A DNA stretch of 55,413 nt, the filler included, from Dirinaria sp. TL-2023a (taxonomy: Eukaryota): the NCBI GenBank assembly GCA_051941275.1. It is 4 parts of 4 records of this genome, joined end to end, with 100 filler letters (N's around TTAATTAATTAA, not from the genome) between each part and the next. Parts side by side here need not be neighbours in the genome. Positions count along the whole stretch, not along the records: positions 1 to 13,791 come from JAVEBF010000653.1; positions 13,892 to 27,672 come from JAVEBF010000654.1; 2 more parts are not named here. One strand, 5' to 3'. Below are positions 12,608 through 22,040 of this stretch, piece by piece (the stretch's first letter is position 1; each line of letters opens with the position of its first letter). The notes under the pieces are model-generated. The model did no database searches, had not been told where the DNA came from, and saw only the letters and a program-made list of their open reading frames with translations. Made by a program: the position numbers and the translations under genes.

Positions 12608-13486
12608 ATGCATCATCTGCCGTTGATTTTGGTTCAAGGGCTATTTATAAGCACTCTCACCTTGGCCTCGGACTGTCACGAATCAGCGAACGATACTATC
12701 CTTGCAAGCCCGGACTGGGTCTCGCCATGTGGGAGCTCGGAGACAGGCAGCACTTTGGGATGCTGTGGTTTACAGGCCGGGTTGGTCTGCCTATCGAACT
12801 CGATTTGCAATGTACCCGGTTCAAACATCTACATGTTCAGCGACTGCACCGATATAAACTATAGCGCTCCCGAGTGTCCTCTGTACTGTCGTATGCTACC
12901 TCATCTCCGACCTCTTCACTTCTTCAAAGGCCCTTGTCACTGATCTGATGAAGATAACCGCAGCGACATAAACGAACACCGCATCAAATGGAACGACCAG
13001 GATCAGATTTGGCAATGTTGTAGTACGAACGCGCACGGCCAAGCGGATTGCGAACATCCAACCCAAGAGCGTTTCTCGGCCCCCGCTCCCAGTGCTCTTT
13101 CAACCATATATGCTCCTTCTCTCAGCCATCACCTATCGTCTTCAAAATCCCCGGAAGCCAAAATTTCGTCTTTGCCAGCTCAAAGCACTCTCAACAGCCA
13201 TGGCTCTGAAATTACGAACTCGGCTTCGCCACACACCACCACCGCAACTGGTAATATCAGCGGCCCAACTGCGTCATCATCGTCAGCAGTTGAGGAAAGT
13301 GGTGGAGGCGGATCTGCCCGCAGTGACAATATCCAAATCGGCCTTGGTGTGGGTCTTGGCCTACCAAGTGCACTTGGCGCCATTGCTGGAGCCTACTTTG
13401 CCTACCTTGCAATTAGAAGAAGACGTATGGCAGAGACTCACGAGAGTGATGTATCCGATGAGGCGGAAATGGAATCTAGGACCTGA
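12608..13486 (+). CDS. Single-pass membrane protein with Cys-rich extracellular domain and Ser/Thr stalk
   Basis: Signal peptide MHHLPLILVQGLFISTLTLA. Cys pattern PC...CC...CLSNSIC...CTD...CPLYC. Intron 12891-12953 continues into WQCC...DCEHPT and joins track ORF 13172. TM IGLGVGLGLPSALGAIAGAYFAYLAI followed by RRRR. Confidence 0.78.
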
Positions 13487-13791
13487 TATACATATATATA
13501 GAGTTCCTGAATGCGAAAGATAAATTGGGGCGTCTTACGGAACATTCTCAATAATAATGAACAGCGAAAACCTCGCGCCCTCAAGATAAAGCAAATAGTG
13601 CTCGCTCACACACACAGTCACAAACGGTCCTGTGGTCCCCATATTTTACCGCACAATCGAAAAAATTTATTTCTCGACCATGATCGAGAAAAGGAAAAAG
13701 TGCCTTCCCAAAAGGAAAACAATTCTCACCAGTCCGGTTCCTCTCCACACACAGATGGGATTTTAAAGATCCATTACTACCTAATAAAACC

Positions 13792-13891
13792 NNNNNNNNN
13801 NNNNNNNNNNNNNNNNNNNNNNNNNNNNNNNNNNNTTAATTAATTAANNNNNNNNNNNNNNNNNNNNNNNNNNNNNNNNNNNNNNNNNNNN
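13792..13891. other. Artificial contig-joining spacer
   Basis: N44-TTAATTAATTAA-N44, exactly 100 nt, with stops in all six frames. Confidence 0.97.
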
Positions 13892-14301
13892 CGAACCGGG
13901 AACCAACGCCCCAGGACGCCGCCGCACGACTCCTCCAGCAGCAGCAGCAGCAGCAGCGCCAGCGCCGCGAGAACGCCCCGCTGGCCTCGTGGTTCCGGCG
14001 CATAGAGAGGGCTGTGGCGCTCTTCATCGCGAGCCTGGTACCCGGTTTCGGGGAGAGACAGATCGCGGCGCGGGATGCGGCTGAGGCGGCGAGAAGAAGG
14101 GAAGAAAGGGAGAGGCAGCAGCAGGAGGAGGAGAGGGCAAGGAGGGAGGAGGCGGAACGGAGAGACGCAGAGGCGGCTGATGAGGAGGGGAGACGCCGCG
14201 AAGGTGATGGAGCCGGCCAGGGCCAGGGCCTAACGCGGGCGGCGGAGCAGAGCGAGGGAGATGCGGGTGGCCCTCCTCAGATACCTGTGGTCGAGGTGTA
14301 G
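13892..14301 (+). CDS. 3' end of a probable Usa1/HERP-like ER membrane ubiquitin-domain protein (5' truncated by contig start)
   Basis: Open frame from the contig edge: EPEPTPQDAAARLL(Q)n...RRIERAVALFIASLVPGFGERQIAAR, then a charged coiled coil. The ALFxASLVPGxGER motif is recalled from fungal HERP/Usa1-like proteins; not verified by search. Confidence 0.55.
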
Positions 14302-14924
14302 ATGCCCAGCCGCTTTTTCAACTTTTTTTTGTTTCCTTCTTCTCTTTTTGGAATTATAAAAGAGCATAAAGCAAGCGAACGTAGTGGCGTCCAATAGATA
14401 TAAATCTCAATTCCCAATTCCCATAATTTACCTCAGCGTCCCACATGGTATTTCCAAAAAAAAAAAAAAAAGATATATATCTTAATATGAATTATTGATC
14501 CACTACTTACTTAATGAATGTACTCATACGAGTACATAGTAGTCTGCGTTTTTACATACATGCGATGTAATGTAAGGTAGGCAGGCAGGCGAGAGACGTA
14601 CGGTTTCTTTATGAACGAGAGGGGGGGGGGGTTGAGGATGGTGGGATGTTTCTGAGCTGATTGCATGGAGAATTGGAAAGTTGTGGTAAGAAGGGAAAGA
14701 AAAGAAGAGGGGAGAAGGGAATGGGGAATGAGGATGAGGATGATGGAAGGGGATTAGGAATGGCTGGGACTTGTATTTCTTTATGGCTGAGATTTTTTAT
14801 TTTTTTTTACAGTGGAGGGGGGGGAATGGGGTTTTGGTTGGAATTTTGATAATTCATAGGAGCTATCTAATGTAATCTAACCTGGGGCGAAGTGATAAGT
14901 CCGGTCTCCCCCATCTCGAGAATC

Positions 14925-15811
14925 CTAGTAAAAGAACCTGCGCCGTGCACGAGTTAGCTCGTATATCCCTCGAGATATATACAGATGAAGAAAACCCACC
15001 CGATAATCTTCCCCGCAACATGTTTCCGTCGGGCCTCCTCATGATCCATGATGCCCGCGCTGGTCGTGAGCACAATGTATCCGAACTGTCTCGAGGGCAG
15101 CAGCTTGACGACCCATTTCTCGAATTCGTTGATGCGCACGTTGTACCGCGGGGAGATGACGCCGGTTTTGTTTATCCTGTGTGTTGTTGGAAATGTTTCT
15201 CTCAGTTTCTTTTCGTCTCTCTGAGAAAGGAGAGAGAGAAAAAAAAGGGGGGGAGGGGCTATCTTACCTGCCATTGAGTTGGATGACGACTTTTCCGGAG
15301 CGGTGGTCGTCGACTTCTTCGAATTCACCGATGTAGCCTGAAATTTTTGAGATGGGGGAATTAGCGATTGGCATTTTTTGTGAAGGTTTGTTTGTGGTGG
15401 GGTGTTTAAACGGATCTTCTTCATGGTGGATAAAGTTCAGAGAGCGTGTAAGGACCCCCGCCATTTTCTTCGTTCTATCGGGCACTTAAAGGGCAATGGA
15501 TCGTGGGTTTTGTGCGTTTGTATGCAGCGTGCGAGACCGTTGCCTAGTTATCAACCCGAAATCTTTCCTGGCGCGTTCTACTTTGCGCGTTTCCCATGGT
15601 GCGTTGCTCGTGGGCTATAGTCGAGGATTTTGGAGGTGTAAAGGGGGTGGGGACATAGGAGATGTATGGGACCCGTACCGTGACGCTGCATGACGCTCAA
15701 AAATTTGACGATGACCTTCGAGCTGGGCCGGATGAGAACTTGACGTTTGCCGGCTTTCTCGGCGTTGTTGATGGCATTGAGCGCATCGTTCAGAACGCTG
15801 GTTTTGACCAT
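14925..15811 (-). CDS. RPS22: 40S ribosomal protein uS8 (S22/S15A), 4 coding exons
   Basis: Exons 15811-15679, 15337-15268, 15176-15000 and 14937-14925 total 393 nt (130 aa + stop): [29 protein letters not shown]...DHRSGK...[26 protein letters not shown]. Confidence 0.97.
15390..15561 (-). ncRNA. snR44: Intronic H/ACA snoRNA, snR44 orthologue
   Basis: Lies in the long first coding intron of RPS22 (15338-15678). Hairpin 1 is UCGGG...CCCGA with pocket GAUAACU/UUUAA, complementary to 18S UUAAA-UC-AGUUAUC. H box AUAGAA follows. Hairpin 2 is GGGGU...ACCCC with pocket CUUACA/UUUA, then ACA + 3 nt. Yeast snR44 is also hosted in an RPS22B intron. Confidence 0.85.
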
Positions 15812-15899
15812 TGTCGCGGCGGTGGAGGCTTGGACACTAGTCTGGTGCGGAGGTCGACCGTGGGACTGAGATTCTCAACTCTTGAGCGAGGTGAGGTAT

Positions 15900-16080
15900 C
15901 TGTGGACGCAGGTAGAGAGGTTAGCCGTGGAGCAGGAAGAGTGCCCTCATCGAGGGAGGGTTCTAGCGCTCATATTGCAAAATGCGCTGCTCGACAATCC
16001 CAAGTCTGTAAGGGTCATGGCGTTGCCCCTTGGTCGATGCCAGAACATCATTACAAGGCTTCTCCTTGCACTTAACGTAC
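15900..16080 (-). promoter_or_regulatory. RPS22 5'-UTR intron with hairpins adjacent to the 5' splice site
   Basis: Donor G|GTACGT at 16080, branch GCTAAC at 15925-15920 and acceptor CCACAG at 15900, upstream of the ATG at 15811. Stem-loops at 16052-16070 and 16035-16050. Confidence 0.75.
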
Positions 16081-16417
16081 CTCGTGGCGGTCACTGGTCA
16101 CTGTGTGTCTCCGAGTTGGATAATGATTTTGACGAACTTGGCGAGGAAAATTCGATACTGTGGGCGATTTGACTTAGCTCCGGTTCGAACGGTCCGAGGA
16201 ACCGATAACCAAAGGGCTCAACCCTGCATCAAGAGTCTAGATAAGATAAGATCAGAGGCTACTGACAACGAGACGTCATAGGTTCAGATATATGTAGGTG
16301 TTCGCATGTTCGCATGGCAGTGATGAATCTTATATTGCAAAGTACCTAGTGGACCAAGTTTCACCCTCTTGAATATCTATGTACTGCAACTCGCTACTCA
16401 ATATCCGCTAGAAAACC

Positions 16418-17428
16418 ATGTCGACTGCAAAGGCAGAGGCATGCTGCACTTGCGCCACCCTCCTGTCTGCAATCCCGCCGCTGTACGATGAGAAGTCAGA
16501 GAAACCACTTGCGCAGGATCGTCGACTGGACTGTTGCGGTCGCGTCATCTGTGGGAATTGTATAGCTGTAAAGAAACCTCATTAACTGATCGGAAAATCG
16601 CCAGAAGCAAGCTGACTCGTGATCGACAGAGAAATTCGAGGTTCGCCACCTATTGTGAGCCCTGAATACACCGAAGCGTTCATTTAGAAGCAGTCCTAAA
16701 AGGAAGCTCTAGGTCCCTTCTGTCAAGTTTCAAGTACTCCGTCAACCCTTCCTTCTGGACTCCGTGACCCTCCTGCCTACTCACCTCCTGACTCTCCGCG
16801 CCGTTCCAATGTCGAACTCGGGCAGTCAGATGACCCTCCTCCATACACGCCCAACTTAACCTTACAATCTCCTGCGGAGAAAACAGCAAATGAGCAACCT
16901 GCAGAAGACGTCCTTCATTTCCTCGACCCAGCACACGACTCCATCCCTTCGCTCGCGCTACGCTACGGTGTCCCTCAGGATGCGCTGCGGAGGAAGAATG
17001 GACTGTACGCGGATCACTTGTTAGCGGCAAGGAAAACGGTATTGATACCGGGAGAATTCTATAAAGGCGGCGTAAGCTTAAGTCCTAAGCCAGTCGAGGG
17101 TGAAGAAGAAGAAATCAGGAAAGGGAAGGTGAGGCGGTGGATGGTTGCCTGTAAAGTTGCCGAGTAAGTCCTTCCCATTGAAAAAATAGCTTGACAGAGG
17201 CGAAAAGGCTGATCGAACGCTTCAATTGCGCTTAGGTACGACGTTGCGCTTCTGTATCTCAAGCAATTCGAATACGACCTTGATGTAGCCGTCGACGCAT
17301 ATCTCTCGGACGAGAAATGGGAAAGCGAACACCCAATACAGGCAAACGTGAAAGGGAAAGAAAAGGAGGCTGCGCCACGAAGACGGCGCTTCGGGTTGAG
17401 CAACGGTATTACGGGACAATTGTCCTAG
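16418..17428 (+). CDS. Intracellular LysM-domain protein with N-terminal Cys-rich (RING-like) region and C-terminal UBA-like helices
   Basis: Not in the ORF track. Spliced reading: MSTAKAEACCTCA...CCGRVICGNC/RNSRFATY/CPFC...LHFLDPAHDSIPSLALRYGVPQDALRRKNGLYADHLLAARKTVLIP...YDVALLYLKQFEYDLDVAVDAYLSDEKWE...GQLS*. Introns at 16568-16629, 16655-16712 and ~17164-17236. Confidence 0.85.
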
Positions 17429-17686
17429 AGGTTGGTTGCCATGGTCCATACCAGCAGCATCCGCGTTTGCATAGCGGAAGGTGCAGTGAACGCATCTAAT
17501 GAGGGCATTCTTGGAAATTGGGCGCTTGACCAAGGATAACAGCATATTGTTTCAGCGCCAGACATACTTGCAGCACGCTTCCTTATGTTGAAATAATCTT
17601 ACATATGTACCAAAACGCCATATCTCCAGCCTTGCTATGGATGCCGCAGTTGTGTAATAATCGAGCAATGCCGGAATCTTTCCGAG

Positions 17687-20535
17687 CTAGTACTCAACTA
17701 TCTTCACCTTGCCCAGAAGCTCTCGAGGAAGATCTTCCTTCTTAACTATTCCGAGCTGTAGGACATCGCCCCAGAAGAACATTGCACGCTCTTGGGCATA
17801 TCCAAGGTAATCAAAATCTGCTTCGATTTCCTCTTCGGTAGGCGGTTCTTCGCTTTTCACCAGCCCTTGTACATCTGATGCTTCGGGTCTCTTATCATCT
17901 ACATCCTGCTTTAGTGGGGCAGCCTCCGAATTCAATGGGTCGGGACCGACCGCACCAGTGAGCTTCTGGCCCTCCGGGTTGGTCGTTGTATCTGGATTCG
18001 ATATTCCGCTCCCATCTCTGTTAGTGTCCAGAGCTTCGTCCATACCGACCACCTTTGCTTGAACGATCCCCCATGCAACCCACTGGGCCGAGTTGGCAAT
18101 TCGCCATATGCGAGTCTCAGACATCAGTCGCGTTACTTCTGCTTCAATAGCTTCGAGACGAAGTCTTTCCTCGTCCGTGTCACGAGTTGACTGCGCTCGA
18201 CCGTCCAGCATAAATGATGAAATAGAGCTTGAGGGTCCTGGAGCAGCCGAGACTGTTGGCGACTGCGGCTGAGCTTGGAAGGGTCGGTGCTGCACATAGG
18301 CTCTGAGGAAACGCCACTGTTCATTCGGCGTAGGGTAACGATCAGACTTAAGCGCGTACGGCTTTTCTGTATCATGGTAATTATAGCACCATTCAGTCTG
18401 CTACAGGTAAGTGCGTTTCTTCTAAGTTTCTGCGAGGACCATACGAAATGATTTGCAAATTCAAGTCCAGGGACATTCGCAGATGCATATTCAAAATCAA
18501 TGACCACTAGCTGCTTGTGCTCGTTGGCTGGCGTGAGCAGTGGCGATTCTTCACAAGGCTGGAGCCGTAGAAGGTTGCCATACTGCGTCTAACGAGGGTT
18601 AGCTCCTCCACGAGCTTGAAAAATTTGCAGAAGAGGGCAACATACATCATTGTGGGCAAAGACCATATCTTGGTTGATCCTCGAAGGGTCCCGATACTGA
18701 CCTTCAAGCCATTTCCGGTACCGATTTACAGTCTGTCTGAAGAACGGCCACGGTACTCCGCATACGAGGCCTCGCGTCTTCCAAGACTCTAGCGAGGATA
18801 AGGATTTGGTATGCTCATGTTCATGGATTTTTTTGTCCAGCCAGGTCACTATCTGTTCGCATCTCTGGACCCACTTATCCCAATTTTGCCAAACAAAAGG
18901 ACCAGCAGCGCGTTCTTCGTCCAGTAACTCAATACCCTCATGCAGCTCGCGCATTCTCTTCGCGATCTGTTTTGAAGTCTCCGAATTACGCAGATCTGAA
19001 GCTGTTAGCGTTCGCGCGTTGAAAAACTGTTCAAATCGACCGTTGATGAATGTTCCGAGTAGGCGAGGACCTATTTTTTTACGAGCGAGGCGTTTTAGTA
19101 TGTGCAATTCCTTCTCGCGATCTATTAAATGTTCAGCCTGGGGTCCGTAGATACGAAGGAGCAACTTCCTACGCGTCCATCAGCACTCGCTTCGGCTAAA
19201 CCGAGGTGAGCACTTACAGGGGAGCCTTCTTTGGTGTAACGGACGTAGTACTGCTCTGCAGATCTTGTGACGACGTTGGTAAGTCTTTCGGCGGCGATAC
19301 GACGTATACCGCATTAGTCATAGCACCACTAAGGCGTGAAACCTCGATATGCCGTCCATGATCCAGAGGTACCCTTCTCCAGCCTTTAAGTCTCAAAGTG
19401 TGGGCCAAGCGGACGATCTCAGTGTTGAATTGCAGACAGGCTTCCCGTTCTCTCCTTGCTCGACGGCTTGTGCCGTTTGGATTACTCTCCGATGCTGCAG
19501 CTCCACCAGTGTAACTAAGAGTTTTAGAATTATCAAGAATGACATCTGCGCAAGGGACAAATTCGTAATCATCGCGATTTTCAGTATCAGATGAGCCTAT
19601 CGTAGAGTACTTTCTGAGAATCCGCTTCGAGGCTCTTCTTGCCATTGAACTGGACCCTTTTCTGTTTTCAAGTGAAGTGTCCCTGTCGAGGTCCATACCT
19701 CCAGCGAGTATTTGCTCTAATTTCTCTAGGGCCTGAGCACCTTCGGATAAATTAGACGAAGTCCTGCTGTGGTGAGCTTTGCGGTGCAATGGCGCATGGT
19801 TGTGGATTTTGCCCACGAGAGATGCCGCAGTATTGGTGGCAGAGGCGAGCTTGGAGGAATCTTCATCCGTTTTATGCGGCCGTGCACTCCTCCTGGCTTT
19901 CTCTTCGTGAAGCCATTGCCTGACCTGGCCAAGGATGTGGTATATGTTTTGAGGTCGTGCGTGATGACCTGGCGGATTCTGCTCTTTTTCACTATCTGCT
20001 CGGTCTGAATCCTGCGAGGTAAGCTTCGCTAACTTTGCGAGGCTATCAATACTTCCAAGCGATGAGGAAGATGTGTTGGGCGCGGGCCGTCCGGAAAGCC
20101 GTTTGCCTATTTTCGCGCGGTGTTCTTTGGCTGAGCTCATACGACGCAAATGCTGTCCGGGCTCTGTGCTTGCATGGGCAGCAATGCTCTCTGGCTCTTC
20201 CGTCATGACTCCTGCATACTTGTAAGATAAGATTTCATGCTTATGAAATTGGTTTGATTGAATGGGCTATGTCAGCCCGACAGTCAGATGACGAGGACTG
20301 CCAACTAGCATGACAGCAAAACCCCGTCATGTCCATGAGAAAACAAGCAAACCGCGAGCAGGAGACACACACTATGAATTTTCGATATTTAACACACAAG
20401 GAGCACAAATGATGTGATAGCAAGGAAGCAAAGCAGTGAATGAAATCCAGAAATCAAATGCGGGTATTAGGATTTTCCAGACTGACCTGTTGAAGGTCTT
20501 GTCCCCTGTGGCTTATCGTTGCCACTAACTTCCAT
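17687..20535 (-). CDS. CKI1: Choline/ethanolamine kinase (multi-exon; first exon tentative)
   Basis: Motifs RLSGAMTNAVY, LLRIYGP, GPRLLGTFINGRFEQF, Brenner motif FAHND/TQYGN, VIDFEYA and FDYLGYAQER across the exon ORFs. The upstream ATG at 20535 (MEVSGNDKPQGTRPST) with donor GTCAGT at 20486 is uncertain. Confidence 0.9.
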
Positions 20536-20979
20536 GCTTGTATTTTATAGGAAAGCTCAGAAATAGCAGATTTTTGCTCTACCTTAGATTTGAATGATTT
20601 TGACTCCTACACGACTGAAGAGGTACTGTGATATGATGGTAAAAATGCGCGCGGGGAGGGGCTATGAGTAGCAGAAGAAACTGTCCCGATCAAGATTTTC
20701 AAACCTACTATGGCCCCTCAGTAACAGGCTTTGTAGAGAGTGTTAGCAGTTTCCGAATCTTGAATTAAATTTGATATCCAAGAATTTAAAGGAAGTGATG
20801 ACCGGGGGTCGGATACTGGCCACCAATCATGCCGCCACCTGTCGATTTTCGTTGAAGTTGCGCGCTAGATAAAGGGCGTCTATGTAATCTTGGACCTCTT
20901 ATCTGTTGTTTACATGTTATGTTTCAGATAAGGCAAGGGTGTTTTCGGCAAGTCACTACTACCTTACTATTCACACATC

Positions 20980-21956
20980 ATGGTGGTGACCACAATTTAT
21001 GTCTCCAGGCACGGTGTATGCTCTTCTGAGATCGCTTCATTAAGTGTAACATGACTAACCGACTCGCCTGCCTTAGTTCCGCGGTACCTGGTCCCTCAAT
21101 CCAGCGACAGGCGTCTATACCTCTAATATCGACTCTCCCACCGGAATAGCCGGCGATCCTCCTCTAGTCGCCTATGGCGTGCAGCAATCGCAACAGCTCG
21201 CAGATGCCCTCACTTCAATCTCCCCGCCCATTGCACAGATTTACAGCAGCCCATTCTATCGTTGTTTACAGACCATCCAACCTACAGCTGAAAAGCTGGG
21301 TCTGGAAATAAGAGCAGACAATGGCTTAGGGTCTGTACACTCAGATTTCTCCACCGCTGTTATCTCATCATGAGCATACTGATACCCAAGCCAGTGAATG
21401 GTTCGGTCGCGCCCCTTTCTCGCATCCCCAGCCCGCCCAACATTCCGTCTTGACCGACCTTTTCCCTACACTCGCGCAAAATTACGTTCCGTCCTGCGTC
21501 CCTTCACAATTTGGAGAGTCAATAAGTGAGCTTCATGCACGATGTGAAATTACGCTGTCCAATATAATTTCACATGCGGACGCTGAGAGTGGGGCCGACC
21601 CGATTGCCATACTGATCTGCACGCATGCTGCTGCATTGATTGCGATAGGGAGGGTTTTGACCGGATGCCTACCGTCCGAGCTTGATGAAGAAGATTTCTA
21701 TACCTACACTGCCGGAATTACAAAATTTGAAAGAAAGCATCAAACCAGCGAAGAATACGAAAAAAAAGTTGTCAGCGCCCTTGACGTTAAAACCCCATCA
21801 TCCTCTATATACCAAAAGATTGGCAAAGGCGTAGTGGGTAATTGGAACTGCGTCTCAAATTGTGACTGTACACACCTTTCGGGCGGAGGAGAACGAGGCT
21901 GGCACTTCTCCGGCGACGAGTCTTTCACCAATCCATTGGAGGGTGCTAAGCTCTAA
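20980..21956 (+). CDS. Histidine phosphatase/phosphoglycerate mutase family protein (TFIIIC tau55/Tfc7-like)
   Basis: MVVTTIYVSRHG/FR (RHG motif), DPPL, IYSSPFYRCLQT, G/EWFG, ILICTHAA and NCDCTHLSGGGERGWHF; two short introns. Confidence 0.88.
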
Positions 21957-22040
21957 TATAATGGCATTTGCACTTTACAATATATTTCTTTTCCCAGAAT
22001 GCCTCTATACAACCTTCTAGGTATTTCCCTTGTAGCTTCG

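Noticed and set aside
13836..13847. TTAATTAATTAA palindrome recurring three times at ~13.9-kb spacing
   Set aside because: Always embedded in N44 flanks, so it is an assembly linker and not a biological repeat.
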